Source of the DNA: Gnetum montanum
Taxonomy: Eukaryota > Plantae > Gnetophyta
Direction of reading: 5' to 3'
NCBI GenBank assembly: GCA_015680685.1
Contig: MNCI01002597.1
Location: 408,344 to 472,343, forward strand
Length of the DNA stretch: 64,000 bases
The position numbers and the translations under genes were made by a program. Each line of letters begins with the position of its first letter. Positions within the stretch are counted from its first letter, which is position 1. Positions 1 to 13,307 of the stretch are shown here, piece by piece. Below the pieces are notes generated by a model, which was given only the letters and a program-made list of their open reading frames with translations, did no database searches and was not told the DNA's origin.

Positions 1-2440
1 GTGAACTAGGTGCTGAATACTATTACAAGACATGCATACTACAATTTTCTGAATGGTTATAGTTGCTATAACCAAATCTAGATATCATTGGAGGACTAGG
101 CCAAAACTACCTTCACAAGTCCTTGGGGGATTTTTGCATAGAAAAGGATGTCCATTGGCCTATGCAATGCTCTTGCTACTTTTCAACGCCTAGTGCTTGG
201 CATTTTCTAGCATCAAATTAGTAGTGGTATGGAGGTATTCATGAATGGTTTCTTCACTTATGGTACCACTTTGAGTAGGCCTAGGACCATCTCAAGCTAG
301 TGCTAAAATGCTATGTAGAGATCAACTTACAACGTAATTGGTAGAAGAGCCATATAATGTTCTAAAGAGATATAGTCTTGGGTCACCAAATATTAGAAAA
401 AGGGATCGAGGTGGATTTGAAGAAGATGATGGTCATTTAAGGAATCACTAGATAACTTGAAATGGTTAAAGGCGTAAGGTCCTTGGACACACTAGTTACT
501 ATCGGTAATTCATTGAGAATGTCTCCAAAATCACTAAGCTATTGGTGAAATTAACCAAGAAGGATGCACCCTTTGATTAGATTAGGAAATTTGAGCATGT
601 ATTTCAGTAGTTAAAGTAAAAGCTCATAGAAATTCCTATTTTACATGCTCCATATTAGTTTAGACCTTTCGACATCATGACATATATATCTAATTATGCA
701 TTGGTGCTCATCCAATTGGATGATCAAAAACATCCATACTATATTCATTATGCTAGAAGAAGTATTGTTAGTGCATAGTTGAATTACACCACCATTAAGA
801 AGGAGCTCATGGCGATGATGTACTCCTTAGAAAAATTTAAGGACTATGTGCTTGGATACAAAATATTTTTTCATACGGATCATAGTGCTATCTGTTTCTT
901 GATGAACAAGCTAGTAGTAAGTTCTTGTGTCATACAATGACTAGTAATTTTGCAAGAGTTTGATCTAACGATGATGAACAACATGGAAACTGAGAATGTG
1001 GTTATCAATTACTTCTCTTGGTTTTGATGGGACAACAAAGAGGATGAGGAGCCTATATTTGATCAATTCTCAAATAAACTCCTCTTTTCTAAATCCCTTG
1101 ATGTTTAGACTTCCACGGGTATCAACTACTATGATGATTTCCTCTCTAATCTTCTCACTTAGGAGACTTCACAGGAATGGGATAACAAGAAGAAACAATG
1201 GTTTCTTCACCAAGCCAAACATTGCATAGAAATCCAAGGCAACCTTTACAAGGTTTTTGTTGATGGCTTGATGTAATGGTATGTACCTAATGCTGATTAA
1301 TTGAAAATCCTCCAAGATACTCATGAAGGTCCTTGTTGGGGCCATTATGTACATAGGAGAATGACTATGAAAATCCTGATAGTAAGGTACTTATGACCCA
1401 CCATTTTTATTAATGTTCACCATTTTTTCCATTCAGGTGAATACTACCAACAAGATGGAGGAATGATAGCCTAAATGAAAGGGCCTAAATAGTAGATCTA
1501 ATCATTAGAGCCCTTTGAGATTTGGAGCATTGACTTCATGGGATCCATCACTTCCATGTTCAATAGAAAGGCATACATCATTATAGCTATTAACTACTAC
1601 ACTAAGTGGGCTGAAGCTACAATCATCATCATTTATTCATCTTCCACTATAGAATAGTTTGTCCAACAAAATATGGAAAATAGGTTTGGTATGCCAAGAG
1701 CACTTATTTCTAATAATGGGATTCATTTTATAGGGACTACTTTTCCAAAACTAACACAACACTTGGAAGTGTAACATAAGCTTACAAGTCCCTTTCATCC
1801 TAGGCTAACGATCAAGCTGAAGTTACTAATAGGGAGATAACCCAAATACTAACATGTAAAATTAGTAAATATAGAAAGTACTGGAGCATGAAACTCAATG
1901 ATGCTCTATCGACTTATCAATCCACATGGAAACTTTCTATAGAGTATTTTCCTTATGAGTTAGTGTATGAGAAGTTACCCAAATTTCCAATCCAAGCTAA
2001 GCTCTTTATAGTTTCAATTGCTTTTGAGCTTAACCTTGACCTCAATCTAGCACAATGAGAACACCTCATGACACTAAATGTATTAGATGAAAACTAACAA
2101 GTAACCTTAACTACGAATGAAGTACATAAAGCACATGTCAAACAATGTCATAATGCATGGATATGAAGAGTTACATTTCAACTTGACGATAAGGTCTTCT
2201 ACTAGAACCTTATGCATGTACCTCAACATACTAAATTTCAAACATTATGGAAAGGATCTTATATCATCCATGCAACTTTTCCTTTAGGTGCCATTATCAT
2301 CTACCACCCTTCAAGCCTAGAAAAACAATTACTAGTCAACATCTAACAAGTGAAAGCTTTTCTCGAACCAAGAGTAACTAGCAAAAATAACATCTCTAAA
2401 AAAGCATGCTCCTTTTTTCATATTTCCTCCTCTCAACTAA
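1..2440 (+). pseudogene. pol: Degenerate gypsy pol (RT, RNase H, integrase) of element A1
   Basis: Hand translation across stops and frameshifts: HAYYNFLNGYSCYNQI, PWGIFA*KRMSIGLCNALATFQR, MEVFMNGF (RT); LNYTTIKKELMAMMYSLEKF (RH); HEGPCWGHY, EPFEIWSIDFMGS, INYYTKWAEA, RFGMPRALISNNGIHF, QAEVTNREI (INT). Confidence 0.93.
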
Positions 2441-4463
2441 GTTATGGGGGAGATGGCCATCCTTATTGATATCTTGTGAGAACTAACTAATATTTTTTAC
2501 CTTTTTATTTTACACCATTCTTCATATGCTTTAATTTTCTTATCTATTTTATCAATTATTTATATATTTTTCTTTTTTTTAATCTTCGTTTTAAGTATTC
2601 TATATTTTTTTCTAGGAAATCTTTGATTTTGCCAATACTATTATTAATACTAGAAGTTAAAGATGCAAATATTAATGTAATGATTGATTTGCTAAATGGC
2701 CAATTTTTTTTCTTTGGATTATGACCTATATTAACAAGTTGTCAATTCTCTCATGGTCGCAGGTAGCGAGTCCATGACATCCATCCATTCCATTTATTCT
2801 ACAGAAGCTCTACATCTTGGGAGCATGAGGTCCTTCCAATTAAACCTAAAAGTAACCAATGATCTAGCTACTTAATAGACTTAGAATGGAACAAGAATTA
2901 ATGAAAAAAGGTGTCACTTCAAGGGAGCTTATTGTATTCTCTTTCCAACTTCTTTCTCAAGTTTTATGATTATTCTCCATTAAAATCTCACCACTTCTAC
3001 TATTGATCATTAAAGGAAGCACGTCTTTGCATGGTGTTGTTCTCATGAAAAAAAATAAAGAATGTGAGAATTCTAAGTGCATCCCTTAGATATAATAATG
3101 AGCTATAAGTACTAGTTATAAGGCTAGAAATACATGTTATCCATGCTTGAGGGCATCCCTCTAACTAAGATTCTTTCAATATTCCTTCTTCTCTTGAAAT
3201 GGTAGTTATCCTTTAGGAATTTTCATGAACTCTTGATGGTCAAAGGAATAGGATATGGCAATGTGAAGTCACTAAAAATGGATGGACTTGGTCTCAAATG
3301 AGCATGGGACGATATCGAAGCATCCTAATTACAAACTTCATGTGGATCTCATGTGACCTTGATGTAGATCACCTACCTACCATTTTGTCTCTCTATAATC
3401 ATTTTCAAATCATAACATCCTAATCATATACCACTCCACTGACTCATATTATGGTTACTTAACACATTTTTTATGAGGATCCCATAATCCTATAACATTT
3501 ATTTATTCCATTGGATATGAGTTTTAACTTGAAATGACCATTAATTATTCTTGGTTCTTATGGATTCTCTGGGATGAGGGCATGCAAGGGCAGGGCATCA
3601 AGGACATACACCTTTGGGAAGGACCCACTTTCATTCCCTTTGGTATCCCTTAAGTTAAAGTTACTATTCATTGATCGTTTACATGATCAATTCCATCAAC
3701 TTGCATTCAAACATTTAGATTTGCAAAATTTTGGCATTTTAAATTCATATGAATGTGTTCAAATCCTTTCTTTGAAGCCCACATAACCATCTTCTATGTT
3801 TTTTCCCTCTTTTTACATCTTTCTAGCTTCAATTGGGCTCTTTTTTCATCCCATAACTTGTCAAAGTTTCTCCATTTTCCAAATTCAAAGTTATCTAAGA
3901 ACAACTACATTGATGAAGCCCTGTTGATACAATGGAATGAGTTGACATGGCCTTGTTGACACATCCTCATTGATATGTCACAAAAATAGTATAAATATGC
4001 ATGATACTTAGCCATTTTGCATCATTTTCCAAATAAGAAAGAGGAGGTTTTGCAATTTTTTAGAGCCTGAGAATCTTCCAAGTGCTATAACTTTCAAACC
4101 ATTAAATTATTTGCACTTGTTTTTTGATCCTTATGCTATTGAAGGTAAGCTTTGGGTTATGGGGGATCCAAAATCTTGGTTTTTTGCAAATTTTTTTTGA
4201 ACTTTTTCTAACTTTCCATGGTCAATCTATTAAAATAATATTAAAATCAACTACCATGAAGTGTTAAGACAATCCTACAAACTCTAATAGCTAATGAATA
4301 AAATAATATTAAATAATCTAACTAGCCAAGATCACAAATAAAGCATTAAAATGGCCAACTCTTAACACCCAAGATACAACATAACCTGATCTAATTAGAA
4401 AGATATTAAAATAATTAAGGTTATAAAGTAAAGGCTAATCTGAGGTTATGTTTGTGATCATAG

Positions 4464-7295
4464 ATGGTACCAAAATGAGGACTGTAGGTGGAAGGGCCTT
4501 TACAACCTAGGGAGAAGCAACCAAGAGGAGGAAGGGGCTAGTAGAAGTAACCACAATAACCCCAAGAGTATGCTTTGGAAGCAACCCATGCCACTAGATC
4601 TCTTGAGAAGGAGCTTGAAGTGGAATCTATTTGCAAAATTCCCACTACTAAAACATGATAATGTAGGTAAAATAAGGTTCCTAAGATAGGGCATAACCTA
4701 GAAGTTACTCTAATCGAGGCCTACTTCAAAAAGATAAGGACCAAGAAGGTCCAAAGTTCCATTCGTTGAGAGTTGAACTTTGGATCCTTCTTGGAGTTGA
4801 TACTAGAGGAGGTTAGTACACAACTCTAAGGGTCTTCCATGTGGCTTGTTCTCTCCAACAACAAAGAATGGTACATGAGGGAGACTTACCTATTCTAAAA
4901 CAACTAACAAGGAGATACATTGGTTAAAATCTAGGACACCAGCATCTCCTCCTCGGTTGAGGCCATTGTAAAGGCCCTTGGGTTGTTAGACATAGGGGCC
5001 AAATTGGCTAAGATCTCTACACAGGTAGACCTAGAGGTAAAGCAAGAATAAGTGTAGTAGTACTATGGATTATATTGTAAGGAGTACAATGCTCTCACCA
5101 AGTCAAAGAGAGCATACTTCAAAATTATGGCTTATCACCTAAACCTAACAATGAGGCCCAATAAAGTCACTACTTTCTCTATCCAAGAATATGCTACTTT
5201 GAACAGGAAGTTTTGAGACAATCTTTTCTAGCTCAGTTTCTTGGTAATAGAAAAATGTTTCAAGTAAAATGAAAAGGGAAGGAAGAACCCTCCCTTTCCA
5301 TGCCTCATCTACAAATTGAAAAAAAGAGGAGGCATAGCTTGCTACACTAATGGTATGGTCCACCATGCTTCTATTGCATCATGGTAGGAAATAATGAAAG
5401 ATAAGGTAGCAGCCAGGCTATAAGAAGAGAAGCAACCACCACCACCACTTGTAGCTTCATAAACTACACCAAAGCATGTGCAACTATTGAATAATTAAAA
5501 AAGCTTTAGAAGTAGTAGCTGCAATAGCAACAGAGTTTTACAAGTGATGGAGAAACATCTTTCTATCATCCATCCATGATCCACTTGAATGATGTTGTAA
5601 GGATCATCAGTTGGTTGGATAGTGATAATATCCCACTATTTTCAACTTGGAGGAAGCAGGTGCTCACAAGGTCCAATCCAAGTGCCCGAGAGGTCACAGT
5701 GTCCATTCCTAGATAAAAATTTCCTAAAATCTTAAGAGATTTTATGTCCTTCTCAGTAATATTAGGGGAAGATGAGGGGGAAACTACTTTTATCATGTAG
5801 CATAAAGGCTAGGAAATAGTGGTAGAAGTGGCGGCTCTTATAATTGTTAAAGCCTTGAATGCTTCTATGAAATTAGTACCTGACTTTGCTTCAATGTTGG
5901 ACATATGCACATCCATAGGAGTAGGGAGTGATTAGATGAGTGCTACTCAACATGAGAAAGTATTTGAAAGACTGGTTGGAACTAGAAAATTACTTTTGAA
6001 GATCTTTGATCTCCAAGATGAGATCATAGCGAACCTTTTGCACTTGCTTAAGAAAAGAACCAAACTATTTATTACTAGAGGAGGCCACCCTAGCTAATTG
6101 GCAATTGGATGCCAAATTTATTAAGTTGCATGTTTGTCTATTCGATCCTACAATTTTTAAGCCTAAGCTTACAAGAGAAGAAGCATTCCAACAACTTCAA
6201 CAAAGACTTCAAGAGGTTGAGAATGCAAAGGAGGCTACAATCTTTGACACATCCTTATTAGAAGCCATGGCTTTTAACACTAATAGGGAACTATTGTAGG
6301 TTTAGAAGAAGAACATGATCCTCACAAAGAACAATCATCACATACATAACATAGAGTAACAAAAGGATCAATTAGTTGAATTGATATGCTAGCAGTAGGA
6401 GTAGTTTGCTAAGGTGAATCTAGACCTGAGGAGGTTGGTAGTAGAGAACTATAATCTCTTAATCAAAGAAGTCCATGCCTTTTGCCAAAAGATTACAATT
6501 GAGATAGTTTCCTACAAAAATGAATCATTGAAGTTTGAGTGTGTGAAAAATCACTATAGGAAGTAGGTTGTGCTCCTCAAGGAAATTAATGAGAAGGAAA
6601 TTTAGTTGGTGAAGGTGAAAATGAAAAAGGCTCTCCAGCAACTCCAACAAAGAGGATACATATGGTAGCTCATCTTTGATAAACTGAATGTGTTCAACAA
6701 GGTAGAAATCTACTTGAAGAATTTTTAGATTGAAGAGAAAATTAAGCACATGAAGCTCACCAACCTCTGTTATGCAAACTTGATGATGTTGATAGAAAGG
6801 AGGCCAAGGTTAGAATTGGAAAAGCATGTGAATAGTTCCTACCTCCTCTATGAAGTGAAATTCAAGCTCTAGAAGGAGACAAAATAGATGTTGAAAATAG
6901 CTAACATAGATCTTGAAGTTCTTAGAAGTATATTTACTGATCAATGATCTATTGCTAAGAACTTGGCTAGGTGGATGAACAACTACCAGGAATTGTAGAA
7001 CCTTGTAATGACGTTCGACATAGAATGTAAAACTTTCACAGCTTAGTTTATTAATGTGAAGGAACTATTTTCTTTAATACCTTGCACATGGGATATTCTT
7101 ATACTAGCCCACACTAGTGAAGCTGTGTGGACCGTATATGATCCATGAAGCAAAGAAGAAAAGATCAAAGCACTTCTAGATGCTTTCAAACTTCTAGGAG
7201 AAGCAACAATAGTAGTAGGGCAACCTCAACCTCCACTAGTGCTAGGATGAGATGAGGGACCATCAGAGCCATAGGAGCCTCTGGTTACTATTTGA
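4464..7295 (+). pseudogene. Degenerate extra ORF2 of A1 (coiled-coil rich, conserved C-terminal PC.W..W.V.DP..KEEK motif)
   Basis: Starts ATG GTA CCA AAA, like the ORF2 starts at 22147 and 56353. Ends with IPCTWDILILAHTSEAVWTVYDP*SKEEKIKALL, homologous to the A2 and A3 ORF2 C-termini. Confidence 0.7.
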
Positions 7296-7529
7296 AACTT
7301 CATCATATCTTTGACAATTCTATAGGTGCTTGCTTAAAATTTTATAAAGTATCTAATTTTTTGTAATGGACACTCATTTTTGTAACAAGGTACAATCTGA
7401 CACTTAGAGTTAGTTAAAAGTTAGTTAGTATGTCTTTCAATTAATAAATTCCATACCTTCCAATTTTTTAAGAAGCTTTATCTCACTTTTGTTCACTCAA
7501 GGATGAGTTTTTAGTCAATTATGGGGGTA

Positions 7530-8432
7530 TGGTAAGATATCAATAAGATAGGTTGTGTTAATGCATTCCCATTGTCATAGCCCTATCAATGTATCCCTGT
7601 CGTGACATGGTAGGATGTGTTAACGCACATATGTCAACACTAACATAATCATTGCTTATATAAATGTGTGCACCCCTTGCATTCATGACACTTTTTAGTC
7701 ATAGTCTTAGCTAAAATCTTGTAGTTTTTATTCCCTAGAGTTAGAACATTTTCCCTTTGGGCATCCATAGTATGGGTTTAAGAGATTGTATGGAGTTTTA
7801 TTTGAGTGCCTATGTACTTAAACACATTGGCATGATGACAATCAAATCAAGATTTCCTATATCCATTGTAGTACTTGGATTAGCTTAACTTTACTTTTTT
7901 GTACTTTACTTGCATTTTCCATTACTATTCTTAATTAAGTAATTAATGTTATTAATCAATGATAAATACATAAGTGTAACCACTTGGAGTATAACATGTT
8001 AATGCTTAGTAATCCTGGCAATGAATATTTGGTATACCTAGTAATAGCCAATTGGTAACCCAATATTGTTAACACTAGTTCAAGATGTATATGATAAGTG
8101 AAAATGGTTACTTCATGTTAGGATAATTTTACTAGATTATATGATTATTTAGATAATTAATTATTAAACCTCTACTCAATCATCTAGCCATTAGGATAAA
8201 AAAATATTTAAAAATAATTATAAAAATATACATCATGTGCCTCAACCACATTTAACCATACGTACTGATAACATACAAGTGTGAGTTGGGAAGATAATGA
8301 TCTTACAACTACACAATTCACTACTTAGTAATATTAGTCACTTTGGTAACTAAGTCTATAGAATTTAACTAGATCACTAGTGAATTCTTGTGATTTGTAT
8401 GGTTAAGCATACGGGAAACTAGTTGCTCATCA
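7530..8432 (+). repeat. 3' LTR of A1
   Basis: Follows PPT 7519-7529; TG start; TATA-like cttatataaat at ~7655; ends cttgtgatttgtatggt...tgctcatca, matching the other Athila-like LTR ends. Confidence 0.85.
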
Positions 8433-10203
8433 TCAGAATAACAAGTTTTCTTTGAACCTTGTTTTTCTTACACTATTTTGTACATTCTTCTTTCTCTATC
8501 TCATATTCTACTATTTATTTAGCTATTTGCTTCCTATTTTCCCATACTATCTAACTTGTTCTACTCTATGTGCTCAACATAATTGGTAAGGGTTTTGAGT
8601 GTCTAAATATCTCATTGCTTCATGTAACGGTGTGATTGAGCATATTATTGAGTAGGATAGGGAGGGGTTACCTCACTATAAATGACATCCTTTTGGCCAT
8701 ATAGTGTGTAGGATTTAGCCATGCCCCACTTCTATGGCATAGCATCATCCTCATGATAAGTGTATGAGGGATATTCTCTTTTCTTCCCCTGCTTGTTTGT
8801 TCTCTATTTTTATATACTCTAACTTCTAATACTTTGTACTATATTTCTTTCATTTCTTCTCTTATATATTTTTGTTCCTCTATATATTTAGCATAAGTGA
8901 AGTCAAATGAGTATCATCTTCCTGATGTAGTGAGGGAATATTGAGTGTAATGTGACAAAAGAGGCATATGAGTAAGGTTAGTGGGAGGTCAACTCTAGGG
9001 ATCTAGCCATGTTCCACCTCTACAACACAACATCCCACTATTATTGTATTGGCAATATCCCTAATATTCTTCCCCTACTTTTTATTACTCTCTCTTTTTT
9101 GGATTTTCATTATCTTCCTCTCTTTCTCTATTTCTATCTCTTTTTTATGCTTTATATTGATGAGGCCAAATGGGTGTCTATGCTTTACTCTAGTAAGATT
9201 ATGATTAATAGAATTAAGTAAGTTAGGGATTATTTTATCTACATTTTTTGTGTGCTTCTTGAGATCTAGCCACATCCCACTTCTATGACGTAGCACTCCA
9301 TCATAGGCATATTCGGGATGTCCTACATTTTCTACACTACTATTCTACTTTATTTAATCCTCTTGTAGGTACCTATTAGTTCATGTCTTTTTTTGATGGA
9401 TTCTCTTTTAGCTCTTCAGTAGTATCCATCAAGAAGAGACAATGTTTTATCAACTTTGACTTTTTCCATATAAGTCAGAGACATGGGTACATTCTATCAC
9501 TTTTCAATGCTTAAAGCCATCTTCAATAGTCTATAATCAACATTCTACATCATTTGCAGTGTGGTTTCTAGATTTTTATTTTTAGCTTACTAGAAATGAC
9601 ATTTCACATCATCTACAACATCATTTTAGCTCTTCTTTTATTTATGACATCTAATGTTAGCTTCAACATCAAATTTTATTTTAGCTTATGATATTTTACA
9701 TCAAATTAACTTTAAATGTCTTGCATTAGACTTACTTTTTAACATCTGACATCAATCCTACTTTTGACAGTCAATGTCAGCTTTTGTTCTTATAACACAT
9801 CAGCTTTTTGATATCTAGCATCAAATTAACTTTTGACTTTTAGTGTTAAGTTTATAGTAGCATTTTGACATCCTACATCTTGCATTTGATGTCCAATGTT
9901 AGCTTTTACTTCTTTGTATTACTTTTCCTATCAGAATCTTCTAAAAGATTATGTGGATCCCACTGCATCATTTCTACAAGTTCTACAAGGCATTTTTGAC
10001 TTATATATAGGAGGATATCCTGAAATGTAAAGGGGTTAGCTTTTTTTTCTTGGGCTTTGTTTGGATTTCAAAACACTCTTGATTGTCATTCTACTTCATT
10101 AAGCTCTAAGAGATCTTCTTAGTGTTTGCAATTCTCTCTTTTGCTTAATGCAGTAAACTCTCTCATGATTGACGATTTTAAACATCTTTTTCAAAGACAC
10201 TAT

Positions 10204-11253
10204 TGTGGTGATGGAAAAATTTCATGTCGGAGGGCTAGAGATCCATATTGAAATATTTTTAACTTGTAGATCCATGGGCCTCAAGAAGGATCCATGAGCA
10301 CCTTAAATGGTCTTGTTGATTGAATGAGGACTTGGAGGATCTATTACCGAAATGCAAAATAAATATTTTGAGTATATGATCCAAGTGCAAAGAAATGTAA
10401 AGTAAAATTTGACAAATAAATGAAATTGTAAACTTGTATTAAAATGATGAAAAGTTTATAGTAATAAAGTTCAAAGAATACAAGCTTTTAGATTTTGATG
10501 CCCAAGAGCTCAAGGAAGAATGCTTAGAATTGAATACAACTAGTAGGATGTGTTCTATAGTCAGATTTGCCTCTAAGGATTTTGTATAATCTACCCTTTG
10601 AGCTTGCCACTAGTTTTCTCTACAACTTTGATTTACACTATGGAAAAATGATGATGGTCATCGTGGAATCTTGGGCATCTGCACTATTCAAAATTCTTAG
10701 GTTCAATGTAGATGCAAAATGTCAAGAATTCCTTCCAATAAAATATATTCTGTTTTAAATAGGTCATTCATGTCCTAATTTATTACTAATTGTTTTTTCC
10801 ATGATTATTGCAAATATCTGGAAAATTTTGCCATACCTAGGACACCTTCATGTAGTGTACTAACAATTTTACCTAATTTTCATTCTTTGTACACTACCTT
10901 TGCACGTTGCCTAGCATACAAAATTTCCATGCCTAAGGTATAGGATTAAAACCTAACTTTTGTACACTATCTTTGTAGCTTCTCTAGCATGGAGAACTAT
11001 AATGCTAAACGTACAAGGCTAAGATACCAAATTTTTTAGATTTGAAAGCATTCTTAGCTTCCATAAGCTAGCATACATGGGTTTTGTAGCTTCCATAAGC
11101 TAGGATGCATGAGGTTATAAATTCTAGTAACATAAGGTCATAACACTAATGTTTTTGGAAAAATAAGGCAATTGTATTTACCTTTATTTTCCCACAAAAT
11201 TACAAGGAATTTTGGCTATGGATTATAAAATGAATTTCTTTAGGGGTGTTTCA
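10204..11253 (-). repeat. Tat-type LTR, left arm of inverted pair, with PPT region at 11254-11307
   Basis: On the minus strand it reads tgaaacacccct...ccatcaccaca. It is reverse-complementary to 11573-12592. The adjacent ccctctttgtt...gaggattgaccc matches the PPT junctions at 32728 and 62826. Confidence 0.8.
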
Positions 11254-11572
11254 TTGATCCCTCTTTGTTTATGTTTTGAGGATTGACCCGAGAGACTTGT
11301 CAACAAATTCACATGTCACTACCATATCATTGCCATGATGCCAACATTTGGAATTTTGTGTTAGCCCATGTAACCATGCCTATATAGCCAACATCTCATC
11401 CTAGAATCTTGATATCCCATCATGACATTAGTTCACCATTGTGACCACTCAGCAAGTTTCAACATCTTTTGCATGGAGAGAAAAGTGTTGGTGATAAACC
11501 TGTAGGGGTGTTTTGCATTCTTTTTTGATAACTCTTAGGTCAATCCTCAAAACATCAACAAAGAGGAGCTAA

Positions 11573-12592
11573 TGAAACACCCCAAATAAATTCATATTAT
11601 AACCCATAGCCAAAATTTTTTGTAATTTGGTAGAAAAATAAATGTAAATACAATTGCCTTATTTCCCAAAAAAAAATTTAGCGTTATGACCTCATGTTAC
11701 TAGAATCTAGAACCTCATGCATCCCAGCTTATAGGATCTGCAAAACCTAGGTATGCTAACCTATGGAAGCTAAATTTGCTTCAAAAGCTACAAAATTTGA
11801 TATCTTAGCCATGTACACTAAGCTTCACAGTTCTGTACACTAGAAAGCCTATAAAGATACTATACAAAAGTTGGGTTTTAATCCTGTACGATGGGCATGA
11901 AAATTTTGTACGCTAAGCAACATACAACGGTAGTGTATAAAGAATGATAATTAGTTAAAATTATTAGTATACTACATGAAGGTGTCCTAGGTATGATAGA
12001 ATTTTCTAGACATTTGCAACAATCATGGTAGAAGCAGTCTATGACAAATTAGGACATCAATGGTCTATTTAATGCAAAATCTATTTCATTGTAAGGACTT
12101 TTGGACATTTTGCATCTACATCAAACTTGAGACTTTTGAGTAGTGCAGATGTCTAAAAGTCCACGACGACCATCATCATTTTTCATAGTGTAGATCAGAG
12201 TTGCAGAGAAAATTGGTGGCAAGCTTAAAGAATAGATTATATGTAATCTTTAAAGGTAGATCTAACTACAAAACACATTCTATTGGCTATATATAGTTCT
12301 AAGCATTCTTCCTTGAGCTCTTGAACATCAAAATCTAAAAACTTGTATTCTCTAAACTTTGTTGTTGTAAATTTTTCATCATTTTAATAAATGTTTGCAA
12401 TTTCATTCATTTGCCATATTTTACTAACAATCTTTATTTTACATTTTAGGAATAGACCTTGTAAGTCCTCATTCGATTGAAGAGACTATTTGAGATGCTC
12501 ACAAATCCTTCTTGAAGTTCATGAATTCATGAGTTAAATTTTTTTTGATGGGGATCTTCAGCCCTCTAGCACCAAATTTTTCCATTGCTAAA
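11573..12592 (+). repeat. Tat-type LTR, right arm of inverted pair, preceded by PPT and 3' UTR remnant
   Basis: PPT caacaaagaggagctaa followed by tgaaacacccc; ends aaatttttccattgctaaa (decayed ...CA end). Confidence 0.8.
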
Positions 12593-13307
12593 ATTGGCTA
12601 TTTATAGAATAATTGTGCTTCTTTTCTTTCTTTCTTCTATTGAAACACTGTATCCCCTTCATGTTCTCTTCCTAACATATGGAGACATTACTTAGAATTA
12701 GGTCAACACATTGATTTGATCCTTTCCTCTGCTTGTCTAGGTACTATATCTGCTATTGCTTCTATTGGGTCTACATTAGGTGTATGCATTAAAGCAAGAA
12801 TGGGGTAACATAGCTCCTTGTTAGTCATCCTTGGTCCTTGGTACATTTCTGGAAATGTCTTTTTTGTAAGTTATTTTTCTTTGTAATCTGATCCATCTTT
12901 TATCTCTTAGCTTTTCTGTTTTTGGCATCATCGATTTCTATCTTCTATTTTTTATGCATTTACTCTTGGTGTAACATTAGAATGAATTAGGTTTTTTTCA
13001 CTGTGCTTGCCAACCATGTGCTACATCTCATTTTTAGATATACTTACAATATCTATGTGTTTTCTTATATGGCTATTCCACACAATTGTTCTTCTTTTCT
13101 CTTTTAATTTTCTAAATGTTGGCAAAACATTTGGCTTGGATTATCAAGTTCTTTCTTCAATCTCTAAGTTCCCTTTTGATTTGAGGGAGATTATTTGACA
13201 ATTCAATTTTTCTAGATTGTTAGGTGATCATAAATTATTTGGCTTAATTTCATGTTAGGATATGTTAGATTTCATTGATTATGATGATTCTTATCACAAC
13301 AATATCC

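Larger units (their letters stand above)
1..8432 (+). mobile_element. Athila-like (non-chromovirus) Ty3/gypsy LTR retrotransposon A1, 3' portion, degenerate; 5' part lies outside the window
   Basis: Order is RT-RH-INT, internal G-rich tract (2443-2455), long non-coding region, extra ORF, PPT ttatgggggta, then a ~0.9 kb LTR tggtaa...tcatca resembling the LTRs ending at 16289 and 51250 and the minus-strand LTR at 52661-53570. Confidence 0.9.
8433..13307 (+). repeat. LTR-like repeat unit, copy 1 (interrupted at 10204-12596)
   Basis: Collinear, diverged similarity to 13308-15384. Internal sub-repeat gatctagccat..cacttcta at ~8711, ~9000 and ~9262. TATA-like tatatatagg at ~10003. Family unidentified. 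Confidence 0.65.

Noticed and set aside
2443-2455. Internal PPT-like G tracts after pol (also ~19968-19980 and ~58395-58401) as a novel feature
   Set aside because: A second PPT upstream of the extra ORF is already described for Athila elements.
10204-12592. Foldback/Mutator-like DNA transposon with long TIRs
   Set aside because: The arms have LTR termini (tgaaacacc...) and Tat PPT junctions; no 8-10 bp TSD or transposase is visible.
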